A stretch of 63,661 nucleotides of DNA, the filler included, from Atractiella rhizophila (taxonomy: Eukaryota), in NCBI GenBank assembly GCA_021432655.1. It is 10 parts of 8 records of this genome, joined end to end, with 100 filler letters (N's around TTAATTAATTAA, not from the genome) between each part and the next. Parts side by side here need not be neighbours in the genome. Positions count along the whole stretch, not along the records: positions 10,615 to 21,116 come from MU272073.1; positions 21,217 to 31,687 come from MU272074.1; 8 more parts are not named here. One strand, written 5' to 3'. The notes under the pieces are model-generated. The model saw nothing but the letters and a program-made list of their open reading frames with translations. It made no database searches and was not told the origin of the DNA. Positions 13,925 to 26,350 of the stretch are shown one piece after another. Positions within the stretch are counted from its first letter, which is position 1. Each line of letters starts with the position of its first letter. The position numbers and the translations under genes are program-made.

Positions 13925-15034
13925 ATGACATACCAAGAAAAGCGAGTTGAGATCCCCCATCCAAATCCCACTGTTCAGCAGCTCATCGGCATCATATGTT
14001 CACCCAACGGTAACCTGAACGGCGGCTCAGCATTGAATCCTCAGACTATTGCACTGGTTCGCTACCTGCAACTCGCAGTCCTTCTTTGACAATGAAAGGT
14101 TAGATATGTCACGGTGTCCAGGCCCACAAGAACCAAACTTATCACCGCTCCTTGGCTTCAGCTCTCTCCAAGGCCGGGATTGCTTCTATACGGATTGACT
14201 TCCAGGCAAACGGCGAGAGTCCTGGGGAATGGAGCTGGGGGGATTTCTGGAAAGAAGAGGAAGATTTTGATGCGCTCTTTTCGTGGTTGGAGCAGAGGGG
14301 ATGGCGGCCAGACATAGGTTCGTGCCTTGTCGCGTCCTCCTTTCACGGTCAAACGTTGATTGTAATAGTTATTGCCCATTCTCGTGGGAGCATAACGGCC
14401 AACCGTTACCTTTGTACGATGAAGAAGAGGCATCCAGGTCGTCACGTTCCAAACTACTTCGTCAATCTGTCTGGTCGGTATGTGATGGCTCGCATCCTTG
14501 TCCGTCTGGATACTTGGAAAGAGCAATTCGACACAGTAGGCTATGTAGAAGTGAAAAACGGCAAACGTAGGGACAGAGTTCGGCCTTCTTTTTTCTTGCA
14601 GGGTACACAAAGCTAAAGCGAAACTTTTAAGGGAACGAGAGAGCAGCTAATCGACTTCGCAACTTTCGATACAAGCCGCACTATTGTTGAATTCCCGCGA
14701 CACACACACGTCTTGACTCTTCATGGGACTAAGGATACCCTTGTGCCGTTCAACGATGGGGAGATCTACCAGCTAATATATTCGGTGCGTGGTGGAAAAG
14801 GGACGAGCGAATTCAAAGCTATTGATGGTGCGTCTTCTGTTCTCACGCGACGAACTAACGTGCAACGGCTTCCGATGCAGGTGCGGATCATAATTTCATT
14901 GGGAAGTTTGATGTAAGGTTTTATTTGCAAAGGGAGGTGAAACTAAAATAACGTCGCAGATTGTTGTAGACGCCATTATGGACTGGTTGTTACGGATGAG
15001 ACAACAGCTAGCCGCTCCGAAGGCGAAGTTGTAA
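13925..15034 (+). CDS. Alpha/beta hydrolase (esterase), paralog 1, spliced, C-terminal AKL
   Basis: ICHGVQAHKNQTYH, RIDFQANGESPG, IAHSRG, TLHGTKDTLVP, GADHNF. Last exon ...LAAPKAKL* (TAA 15032-15034). Confidence 0.8.
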
Positions 15035-15288
15035 CATTACACTCAGTTAGAATTGCTACAGAATTGCGAGTACACACTTCTCATTGGAAGTGGCGAAACC
15101 GAACCAAAACGAACCTCAGCAGAAACGCCGTTTTACACGCCTAGCTACACCCGCAGTCGACCTATTCATATCAGCACTTCCCCCAGCTCAGCTCTTTATG
15201 CATCCACTCCCGCACTCCCGCGGTAATAAATCAGTATAAATGGAGTTATCCTTTCCTGATCACGGTTCTGGGACCCCATTGCACATCA

Positions 15289-16418
15289 ATGGCGTACCAA
15301 GAAACAAGAGTAAAGATTCCTCACCCTAATCCTACGGTACGGTATCTCGTGGGCATCATTCGCTCCGTAGAAGGGAGCGTTTCTGGAGGATCGACATTCT
15401 CAGGCTCGCCCAGTCCAATTGCACTGGTTAGTTCTCCTTTCATTGTCCATCGAATAACGAAGACGCAGATATGTCACGGTATCCTGGCGCACAAGAACCA
15501 AACGTATCATTGCGCTTTGGCATCTGCACTTTCCGAAGCTGGAATCGCCTCAATAAGATTCGATTTTCAAGGGTACGGCGAAAGCCCCGGCGAAAGCCCC
15601 GGACAATCTAGTTTGGCCGACCTTTGGAAGGAAGAAGAGGACTTTGATGCTGTTTTCTCCTGGTTGGAAAAACAGGGATGGCGGCCTGACATTCGTTTGC
15701 TCCTCCTGCATTTCTTCTTCATCCTGCACTCTTGAATTCTGTAGCGTAGTGATTGCTCATTCGAAAGCGAGTAATCCGGCTAATGCTTATCTATGTGATT
15801 GGAAAAGAAGGCGCCCGAACAGTCTGGTCCCACCTTTCTTCGTAAACATCTCAGGACGATATGTCATGGCACGCCTCCTGTCACATATTGAAACGTGGAA
15901 GAGCCAATTTGACACTGTGGGATATGTGGAGGTGAAGCACGGTAACAGAGTGGGCCGCGTTCGTCCTCACGTCCTTTCATTTTTTCTCTCTGACAATCTC
16001 CGCGCGAACTCAAGGGAACGAAGCAACATATCATCGATTTCGCAACCTTTCCCTCCAGCCGGACTATCACCGACTTCCCAAAAGATACTCACGTCTTAAC
16101 GATACACGGGACGAAGGATGAGATTGTACCGTTTAACGATGCGGAGATATATCATCTCATCTTTTCAGTCCGAGATGGCACGGGAACTAGCGAATTGAAG
16201 GCAGTTGAAGGTACCCAGATACTCTCTCTGTCCGAAAATCGAGAGTCTGATTGTGCCGTTTCAGGTGCAGATCATAATTTCGTTGGGAAATTTGACGTGG
16301 GTATTTTCGACACAGCAATGACAGTACTTTATGTTGGACTGGAAAGATCCTCATCGACACGATCATAGAATGGCTGCTGCGACTTCAGCGAATGGAAGAC
16401 GCGATGGCAAAACTATAA
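15289..16418 (+). CDS. Alpha/beta hydrolase (esterase), tandem paralog 2, spliced, C-terminal AKL
   Basis: Same exon layout as paralog 1. ICHGILAHKNQTYH, RFDFQGYGESPG, IAHSKA, TIHGTKDEIVP, GADHNF. Ends ...EDAMAKL* (TAA 16416-16418). Confidence 0.8.
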
Positions 16419-16635
16419 CAACTACTAGAACGTCGCTTGTATGGTGAGCACCTATAATATCCGCGAAAGGCAGTCGTTACTGGCAACAAAGGTTCGATAA
16501 CCCTCTGTCAACCTGGTGATTACGGTGGGTTGCGATCGAAAGTAAAAATTACATTTGTATTTAGTGTATAAATCTGCTCTACATTGGCTCTCTCTTAAAG
16601 CTCACATTTTCGAGATTTATTTTGAAATTCGGTCT

Positions 16636-18347
16636 TCACTTGCTCCATTCTTCGTCCAGTCTATCGAAGAGCTTCCTCGCCATATCCACAGCTGTCTTAT
16701 CCATCTTGATAGGTTCGATTCCGAGGACCTTTCTTGCTCTGTCAGCAGACAGGATGTTTTGCTTTTTGTTTGCCTGGCGGACGAATGTGAGGCCAGACAA
16801 AAGGAACAGGGCAAAGACCCACTTCGATTCCTGCGCCAGGAGTGCCTTTGGGCACTTTCGACACTTTGCTGGCGTACTTCTCTTCCCAATCATGACTGTG
16901 AACCGCATCCAATAAGTCTTGCATCACAAATGGTCCCTAACCACCCGAGCCGTTAGTCTTTTTCGGGCCAAAGATGCGATAAACTAAACCGACGCTTGAG
17001 ATTGCAAATCGTAAGCCTCCAGCTTCCGGTACCTCCAAAGCGCGAATATGTGCCAATGCAACATCTCTAAGCAAGAAATCAGAAACGCGCGGGAGAGAAG
17101 ATATGTTTAAAGACGAACCGAACATCTACGCCGTTTCCATATGGCTTGCAGGTGTCAGGGTCGCCCTCGCCTTGGAATAGCTCCCAGCAGCCCAAAACAC
17201 TAGTGTTGAGTTTGTCTGGCGAGGGGACTTCGTGGATTGTTGGTCCCAAGACGAGAGGTGGGTTGATGGTAGCAATATCGAAGAATGTTGAGCTGGCTTT
17301 ATCGTCGTGGGAAAGGGAGGACACAAAATCCCAGGCTGCCTTCTCTGCCAGCTGAAAAAGACTATCATCAAAGAGTCTCCTCCGCGTTTATCAAAATGGA
17401 CGTACGGTCTTCGAAACGCGATATGCGGCTAGTGTTAAATGAACAACGTTTTCAATTGATGAAAGGTGACATACTTCGCTGATCCGTATTCTTACCATTC
17501 TTTTCATATTCCTCTAGTGAGTCGATGTTCCAATCTTCCTCCGTGAAAGTGTAGACCGGAGGGTGGGGGTTCAGGATTGCTATTGCAGTTGGTAAGATTC
17601 CTTGTGATTGAAACAAAGATGAGATTTATACCTGCGAACGAGCTGGTAATGACAACCCGTTTGACCTTCGATCCATTGGAATTGGCCTTCTTGACCGAAT
17701 TAAGCAGGCTTTTTGTTCCATTGATGGCAGGTTGAATAAGGTCGTCATCGATGTCCTTGGCATTGAAGTGAAACGGAGACGCAGTGTGCATAACTGCTGT
17801 GATATCGTTTCCCTCAAAAGCGGCGTCGAAGCCATCCGGCTGGGAGGTGAAACAGGATGTCAGTAAAGTTACCAGCGTAAGGATTCAAAGTGTCCCCATG
17901 CACCCTTCTTCTAAAACAAAGAGAGCACTTCGTCGCGTCCTCATCACCTCGTCAACTCCAAGGGCCAGTGATCTCTTTCATCTCTCCACTGTCTTATCGC
18001 CGGAATGACAGTACTCATTTTCCGACCCAACGCGTTGGTGGAATAAAGGAAATCTAGTCCTCCTCTGCTCTTCGTTGTCACAGACGGTCATCCTCATTGC
18101 ATCCCGTCTCTCGCCATATTTGCATCCCAGTATTGCCTCACAGTACTGTTAGGAAATAACTTACCTTTTCAAGATCCTCAACCACGAGATATTCAAATCC
18201 TTCTCCCAACTTCCGCCTCAAGTACTCCCCCTTCGACTCGCTCCTCACCGTTCCCCTCACGCGGTACCCACTGTCCAACAGAGTCTTGCACACCCATGCT
18301 GCGATGTACCCAGAAGCGCCAGTCACTAATACCAATTGTCCACTCAT
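16636..18347 (-). CDS. NADPH-dependent aldehyde/methylglyoxal reductase (GRE2/ARI1-like extended SDR), spliced
   Basis: VLVTGASGYIA Rossmann motif, VRGTVRS, HTASPF, VKRVVITSSFA, ATINPPLVLGP, DVALAHIRAL. Confidence 0.88.
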
Positions 18348-18937
18348 GATCGCGCTTTAATTCTTGAAAATTGACCGGACGGACTACTGGATTCAGCCCT
18401 TTATATAAGTAGTCAGAACACCTCCACCTCCACTAAAGGAAGCAAAGAAAGAATTCATTAAAGATAAAGATAACTAGCCTCCACTTCGTCGTGTCTCGGG
18501 CATTTCGGATCACTTATTCTGTTGACATCATTAGGGAGAAAATGCGTGATAGGTGATTGCGGGAAGAAACCGAAATTTCTCCCCCATTACCCGTTCTCCC
18601 CCTTAGCTGTATGGCAGTCTAGTAGTCTAGAGCCAGCTCTTTCTACCGCAACCAACCTCTTCTCCGACTTGCTCATTGGGACCACGGTAGGTCGAGTTGA
18701 AGTCGAAAGTGCCAAACATTCGCCAAAGGTCAAGCCGACCGCTTCGGCTCCGTCGCAAGCCTCCTCCAAAGCGCCAAGCTTATGTCGGCCCCGAGTGATG
18801 TTTCTCGGGACCACCAACGTCAGCCTCGCTTTCGAATGCTCTTATCACTGCATGCCGCGACGGTGTAGATTCTTCTCGAGATCCATAGAAAGGTTGGGAG
18901 AGAAAGACATAAAAGCCAGGGTCTGCGAGGGGAGGGC

Positions 18938-20256
18938 ATGTTCAAGCTCTTTCTCGCAACACTTGTGGCACTCATTAGCTACCTGTTCTTCTACTGCTCA
19001 ACAGAACAAATCTTCAATCAATCGTCAGAATCCCACACCCACATAGCAAACATGACTTCTGGCACTCGTCTTTCACGCACTGTTGTCAAAACCATTCATG
19101 CACGTGTACGTCCTTCGTTTTCGATGAGCACCTTGAATAAATTGCTGATCTGAAAATGAAACAGTCTCAATCTGAAGGTTCCAACGCCCTCGTCCGTCGC
19201 TCCATCGGAGGGTACGAATTAAGGAATTTCACCCCATTTTTAATGTTGGACCATTTCTCGCTCGCCCCTGGAAGCGGCTTTCCAGACCATCCACATCGTG
19301 CGCTTTCTTTCTCCTTCACTTGACAAGAGCTCACAGTAATGATGGGTTGAAGGCGGACAGGTCACAGTGACTTATATGCTCAAAGGATTCGTGGAGCACG
19401 AAGACTTTGCCGGACACCGTGGGAAGATAGGGCCCGGTGATTTGCAAGTGAGTTGCACCTGTCTTTCTTTATTATTCCAGTAACTAACAAACTTGCCAGT
19501 GGATGACAGCAGGCAAAGGCATTGTGCACGCTGAGATGCCAGTCTTTGGACCAGATCTTCCTAATCCTGAGGGACTGCAATTATGGATCGACCTTCCGGC
19601 AGAACACAAAATGACGCCTCCGACGTATCAGGAGATCGAATCCACGTCCCTTCCCGTGGCCCACCCCAGTGAAGGAGTCGAAATAAAAGTCATTTCAGGC
19701 GTGGCTCAAGGCTCGGAAGCGGAAGGAGAAGTCAAAAGCCCCGTGAGGACACTTGGAGGATGTTGGTATTTCGACATAAAATTGAAGGGAAAGGAGAAGC
19801 AGGTGTGGCAGTCCATTCCTGAGGGCTGGAATGCATTTGTATGTCTCCCTCTCATTTAGATTCAGTCAGTAGAAACTAATGAGTATTAAAGGCATACACC
19901 CTTTCCGGCAAAGTCTCGATCAACCATTCCTCGCCCATCGACGCCTACAACACGGTCACACTCTCCTCTGTTCTTCCTCAGAATGGTGTCCTTTTATCCT
20001 CTTCAAACGAAAACGAAGAAGAGGAAACACGACTTGTCCTCATCGCAGCCGAGATATTGAACCAAGAAGTGGTACAATATGGCCCTTTCGTGATGACGAG
20101 CAAAGAAGAAATTCAGCAGGCGTTCGTGGATTATCAGCTTGGGCGGAACGGGTTCGAGAATGCCAGGGTACGTGTTTCACTCCAGTTTTTGCAAAGAGAT
20201 TACTGATGTGTCTGCGTTAGTCTTGGAGGAGCGAGATTGGGAAACCACTCATGTAG
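18938..20256 (+). CDS. Pirin-like bicupin protein, spliced; alternative start at 19052
   Basis: [76 protein letters not shown]. Confidence 0.9.
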
Positions 20257-20893
20257 AATGTGACGTTATATATTGTGTGTTTGTTTGATACCCATGAATT
20301 AGAATAATTCACCCAATATTCATCCATTCAGATGGAGTACATCAATATGAGTGGAACCTTTAGCTCTCAAGCAAAATCTATTAAACGCCATTGTAGCAAG
20401 TGCTCAGCACCCGGAACGCAACACGCATTATATTCAAGTTGACTTGGTTCTTGCGATGCTTTCTTTTACATGTCACCACGAGAGGGTCACAGTCCCAGCA
20501 CTGCGCTCCCCAAATCCAAAAGATGGCTGCAAACCTCTGCATGCGCAAACATCCATTTCAGCATCCATCACTTCTAAAAGCTTGAAGCAGATTTCGACTT
20601 TTCGGCTCAGAAACGAGTTTTACGAGCTTTAATCATAAACCATGCTATAAGCATACTTCTTCCGCTTCTTCTCGTTGTTTATACTGATAACATTGATAAA
20701 ACCGAGATAAGACACGACGAAGGTTGGGTAGTTGTTATGATGTTATGATATACAGTCGCGTCAGGCGGCCGGATTACAAGACGCGCTTTGTTATATAAAC
20801 GCGGTTTGTGTATTTTGACCTCCCCCTAACCTGCCCTAACAATTCATAATTTTAATCACTCAAATATCTATTTGATACCAAGATTTTATAAAC

Positions 20894-21116
20894 ATGGACA
20901 CAGCACTCCAAACGGTGCTACGAAACACGCTTCGAGACAAGGAGGTGAGCTTCTCCCCGTTTCGCAATCTCCCTGAACTCCTAATGATGCGGACCAACTT
21001 CTAGGCCAAAGTACCATCTTCCTACGCTCCCGCTCTCTCTAAGTATCTCATCACCAACCCACATGACACAAATTTCACCATCTCATTTGGTACGGGGACG
21101 GGGTTTGGGACCATTC
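20894..21116 (+). CDS. 5' fragment of unidentified gene (MDTALQTVLRNTLRDKE..), truncated by linker
   Basis: ATG after an AT-rich upstream region, GTGAGC...CTAAT...TAG intron, open frame to the contig end. Confidence 0.45.
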
Positions 21117-21216
21117 NNNNNNNNNNNNNNNNNNNNNNNNNNNNNNNNNNNNNNNNNNNNTTAATTAATTAANNNNNNNNNNNNNNNNNNNNNNNNNNNN
21201 NNNNNNNNNNNNNNNN

Positions 21217-21529
21217 TCATCTCCTCACCGCTCGAACTACCGCCAATCATGCTCCCACTGGTACTCCCTCCTCCTCCGTCAGCTAGAGACTCCAAATCGT
21301 CCGCCGAGCTAGAAAACAACACCTTCCCCGGAGAAGGAGAGACCAACGATCTTGTCCTGAAGTGTCTCAACTGTCTAGCGTAGTCTCTGTCGTCCCCATT
21401 CGCATTGTTGTCGTCTGCAGCGTGGGAGGTGGACGAAGCGGAGGGAGACGAGGTCACGCTGAGTTGGACGGAGAATCTAGAGGGCGTCGGAGTGCGCGGT
21501 GGGGTTGATGGACCAGGTGGTGTCTCCAT
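21217..21529 (-). CDS. 5' fragment of unidentified Ser/Pro-rich protein, truncated by linker
   Basis: ORF METPPGPSTPPRTPTPS... open to the contig edge. Confidence 0.5.
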
Positions 21530-22177
21530 TGCGCGTACTCAGTCTGAGCAACGGCGCTGGGAGTTAATGTGCGGAATTGGTCGTTTAGATTCGGATTGAG
21601 CATGCGCAGGATAGCGCGCGTTGGCTCAACGATCCCCTTCCGAAGCTCGAGGTCGAACGAAAGCGAGAGAGAGAGATAGAGTCGTAGTCATAGTGAGCAA
21701 AACGGACCATAATGGTGCGCCTTTTACTCCTTCGCTATAGACCAGGAGGAGAGAGGAAGCCCATTTGGTTGTAGTTGACGCGGCTCCTGTCGAGGAGAAA
21801 AGGAATGCAATCCAGGAATTGCGACGCAGCAATTGCAATCATCAAGAGAAATAATGGTGCTATCCGTTGAACACAGGAGTAGGCAAAGTTTGTTGGCCTA
21901 TGCTCCTTTCTCCTCAGTCCAGAATTCAGTGGTCCCAGTACTGAACATATGGACATCTCGTGGAATGTTCATTCACACAGATGCGCGAAGCTGCGGTTCT
22001 TTCTTTGTCCCCTCTATTGTGAGGGATGCTTTTCAGCACCAGTAATACAATAACACTTCTGCTGTCTTAACTCACGATTGCGTCCGTCCTTGCTGTAATT
22101 CTTTCCCCAATGCCCTTACACTCCATCATGAAATCTTGAAGTAGACTGCTCAACGCAGTCAGCATTGTTCTCCTGCT

Positions 22178-23752
22178 TTGAACAAGCCATCGTTTCCCTT
22201 GTTCAATTCTGCCTGCATGACAATGCCGTTTCAATCATGCCTTGACCTCCTCCTCTGGTTCCAGAACTCAACTTGTCCTTTTCTTTATTACCAAAGTGAC
22301 GCTTATCCTGGTTACCAACAGTCACGCAAAGCGCCAGTTCAGGCTTGTTTTCCCTTCGAGAAGCTGCCCACGGAACTTCAATTGGCGGTCCTGCATCAAG
22401 CTTTTGTTTTTTCTGATGGCACGTCTTCGCGGGTGCTCAAGCGCCTCAGTTTAGTTTCAAGAAAGATTCGAGCGCTCGTGGCTCCAGACCTCTTTCGCTA
22501 CGTTTGCATCAGTACTTTCGACCCAACCAAATCTAGCTACGATGAGTGGTCGGCTAACATCGACGTGCTATCTCTTTCTGAGCTCTTTCGGTTTACGGAA
22601 ACAGTACATCTCTACCTCCTCATCTCACATTTTGGACACGTGGGGGCAGAAGAAAAACTTGGCCGACCCTTTTTCTACCTTGATCAGGAGAAGCTGGTTG
22701 GACTGGGCAAAACTTTGCAGTCGCAACTTGAACTTATTCTCTCACGTCCAGACAACCAAGTGGATTCCATCCAGATCACCTTTTCAGAATCAGGGATGGA
22801 ACTCGTGGCTGAGCGTGATGACCTTGATGTTTCTCCGGCTTTGAAGCTAATTCTACAACCTTTGAAACTCAAATCAGACGTCAATCTGTTCCTAGGTTAT
22901 GATCACTCCTATGATTGGTATGTGCTCAAGGTTGCGCGTCGCAGTTTCTTCGAGACGTTTCAAGCCTTACCACCTCATTTACGGATACGATCTCTCACCC
23001 TTGAAGCATTAGAACTTTGTTGTAGTAATGTTGGCCTCCCGACAAACGTCATAGTTGACGACCTCACTCTCAGCTGCAGCTCTCTTCAGGATGGGTTTGA
23101 TGACTTGCCCGCAGTATCGCCGCTTCCTCCGCTTCAACGATTGACTATACAAACAGCCCCTTATGCTGATGAACTTTACAGCGTATATGCCTCCACTATT
23201 TTCGAAATCCTAAAGATTTGTCCAGACTCTCTAGAAGAGCTTTCACTGTGCGGACAAATACTTCCAGATCCGGACATCCCACCGACACCTGCAAGTCTAC
23301 CTTTATTTCCATCGCGTTTACGCCGTTTGCAAGTGCTCGAACAGTTTCAACTGAGGTCTATTTCTACCCTATTGGACCAACTTGCGGTTTACTTCTCAGC
23401 TGCACCAATCCAAGTACTTGTCCTCGATAGCGAATCACTTCACACAATAGCCGTGAAGGAGGAAGACCATGAATTTATTCTCGATGTTTTCCGAGAGACC
23501 TTCGGAAAACAACTTTCTGACGATGGATTCCCCTTGGATGGCCAAGACCCTGCTTCCAACATCTGGGCTTCCATTTTTCATTCGCTAGCAGAACAAAGGA
23601 AAACGGGAGGCTGGCCAAACCTGTCTACTGTTTGTCTTGGGAGATCTGCAGGGGATCTAGCGAGGCAGGGAATTCTTAAGATTGACAACTCTCGTGCATT
23701 GCTGGCAGCGAATGGGCTTGCTTTATGCGACGTGAAGGAGGAGAGATTGTGA
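22178..23752 (+). CDS. Hypothetical protein with N-terminal F-box-like motif and degenerate LRR-like body; true start uncertain
   Basis: 524-codon ORF. FPFEKLPTELQLAVL..LKRLSLVSRKIRALVAPDLFR resembles a fungal F-box, followed by LxxLxL-type segments. Confidence 0.6.
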   Translation: MNKPSFPLFNSACMTMPFQSCLDLLLWFQNSTCPFLYYQSDAYPGYQQSRKAPVQACFPFEKLPTELQLAVLHQAFVFSDGTSSRVLKRLSLVSRKIRALVAPDLFRYVCISTFDPTKSSYDEWSANIDVLSLSELFRFTETVHLYLLISHFGHVGAEEKLGRPFFYLDQEKLVGLGKTLQSQLELILSRPDNQVDSIQITFSESGMELVAERDDLDVSPALKLILQPLKLKSDVNLFLGYDHSYDWYVLKVARRSFFETFQALPPHLRIRSLTLEALELCCSNVGLPTNVIVDDLTLSCSSLQDGFDDLPAVSPLPPLQRLTIQTAPYADELYSVYASTIFEILKICPDSLEELSLCGQILPDPDIPPTPASLPLFPSRLRRLQVLEQFQLRSISTLLDQLAVYFSAAPIQVLVLDSESLHTIAVKEEDHEFILDVFRETFGKQLSDDGFPLDGQDPASNIWASIFHSLAEQRKTGGWPNLSTVCLGRSAGDLARQGILKIDNSRALLAANGLALCDVKEERL

Positions 23753-24989
23753 TCGTCTGAGGGATCCACTTGCATACAATACCATTTAGTTTCCAACGCA
23801 CAGTCCGCGTACAACGAAAACAATCCTTGACTGGTAATTCTGGACGGTTCAAACGTAGATGCTATTAACGCTCAATACTAGCGTCAACCTGCGTTAGAAA
23901 GTGCAGGAGCCAGCGTGCTCTCAGGTTCGTTACTAAAAGGAAAAATGTTCGATGACATTTCATTCTACCTATCGATATAATTAACATCGAATTCTACAGC
24001 ACTAGTTCTTCTTGCCTAGTTGAGTTATCAGTCTCCTTCAAGTTCCCATCCCCATTCTTATTGTCGTCAGCGCCAAGCCACCTGGGAAGGAGGCTTGGAG
24101 AAGTTTGCACGGAGACAGGCAGTCTGTGTAAATAATCGGAGTATCGAAGGTAAACGGTAGGCGATCCGGTTATGGGATTAAGATACAGGATCCGGCTGGT
24201 GGGTTTCATACTACTTGAGCAGAGGTGAAACACTGTCTGCGCTATGCGGCCATGGCGCCGTGAAGCCAAGAGCACAATGGAGTGTTATTGAGTCGAGAAA
24301 GAGGCGGCCAATATTGCAATGCAGGATTGCCCTAGGAAGGCAACACAGTAATCAGAAAATAACGGTGACGGGAGAGCTTCATTGGCATTGCACGCGAAAT
24401 CCAGAACGTAACAATCCAGTTGTTCAGCAATGAGTAGTGAAGATGCACTATTTTTTTTCATCTTTAGCCTGAAGGAGGGAGCGGCTGTACCTCACTGCTA
24501 CCTTGCCTCCTGCTTCAAGGAAAGTTGTACATTCTCAATTGCCTGTCAAGCGCCATGCAGCAAACGAACAATTTAGTCATTTTCATTAGTTCACAAGAGA
24601 GCAAGCACTCTTCAAATCCATTTTTTATTTCTGTATACATCAGATCTTCTAGCTAACGATCTGATGGGACTGACCTTTCATCGTGGATGGAGTGGATCAG
24701 AAAATAAACGGCACGGTAATAACGAGAAGGTTGCCTCTAAGCAAGTGGTGATCGACTCTGCGGGTGCTGTTCAGAATCCACTTCTTGTGCCGTATTTTCA
24801 TCTGAAGGTCAGGCAATTTCAATCGGGAAGTCAACTAGACCCGACGGCATCAGCACTATTTGAAAGCGACCATGTCCCAATAGATAAAAGTAAATTTTGT
24901 CGAACTACAAGCACTCAGGCTTAGAAACTGTCTTACACCAACTCTTCCCATTTGACACTCAGTATATATCTATATTAAAGAGTACATAT

Positions 24990-26350
24990 GAACTCATCTT
25001 TCCAAACATCCACAAACCGCGAGGTGCACATTGTTTTCCGTTCGAGAGGCTACACCCAGAACTCCAACTAGCGATTGTAAAAATAGTTTTTGAATCGTTT
25101 TCTGGCGAGCCGTTCTCAAGAGAGCTCAAATCTTTCAGTTCGACGTCAAGGAACGTCCGAGCGCTCGCAGTTCCATCGCTAATTTCGACCCCAACTACTT
25201 TTCTGGTTTGCCCGTTAATGACGAGTTATCTCTTCCTAAACTCTTTCGCTTTGCACGAACAGTGCATCTCCGTCTAAACATCTGACATTCGGAGACGAAT
25301 GGGTTGAGGATGAAAGTGGTCATTCCTTTTTCCACCTCGAAGCAGAGAAGCTTGTAGGACTTGGCAAGGCCTTTCAATCGTCGTTTGAATTCGTTCTCTC
25401 AGTTCCTGACAACCAGGTGGATTCTATCCATGTCAGCTTCTCGGAATCAGAAGCTGAACCTGACTCTGAAATCGATCTTTCCATCAGTCATTCACACTAT
25501 CAATACTGGAATGCTCCTAAGGAGGCACGTCGCAACTTCAGCCAGACTTTTCAAGCCTTACCATCTCAATTAAGGATCCGATCTCTCAAGCTTGAAGCAG
25601 TAGCGCTTTGCCACAGTGACGTCGGTGTTCCAGCGGATGCTGTCATTGACAGCCTCACTCTTAGCTGTGGCACTTTTAATCCTCCGTACATAGACTGGCC
25701 TTCAACACACCTTCCACCAATCAAAGAATTGACCATACTAACCTCGTTTACTTCCAACGTGCATATTTCTCAGGTTTTCGCAATCTTCAGGGTTTGTCCA
25801 GCCTGTTTAGAAGTGCTTTCGATACGTGGTCAAATACTCTCTGATTTTGCGACAATTCCACAGGCACCTTCAAATCCTCCACGTCTACATTTGCCTTCAG
25901 TACATTTACGCCGTTTGGAATTGCTCGAACAATTTGAATTCAGTCATGATTTTGTCCCACTCGACCGACTTATGAAATACTTCTCAGCCGGACCAACTCA
26001 GGTTCTTGTCCTCGACAGTCAATCGCTTCACACAATTGCCCTGAAAGAGCAAGGCTATGAAGGCATTCTGAGACTTTCTCAAGAGCCCTTTGGTCAGCGT
26101 CTTTTGAAGACCGGATTTTCCTCTGATGGATCGGATGGTGTTTCCAATGCGTGGGCTTTCCTTTTACATTCGCTTCTGTAACAAAGGAAAAATGGAGGGT
26201 GGTCGAATCTTTCAACTGTTTGTCTTGGCGCTTATACACGAGAGCTAATAACATGAGGGATGATTACGGTAGACAACCCTCGGTCGCTCCTGGCAGAAAA
26301 CGGGATAGCTCTACATTTGCAGGGGGAAAGCATATAGATGTATTTATTCA
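24990..26350 (+). pseudogene. Decayed tandem paralog of the 22178-23752 F-box-like gene
   Basis: Colinear peptides (FPFERLHPELQLAIV, RALAVP, TFQALPSQLRIRSLKLEA, QVLVLDSQSLHTIA) split over several frames, with an in-frame TGA near 25284 and deletions. Confidence 0.7.
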
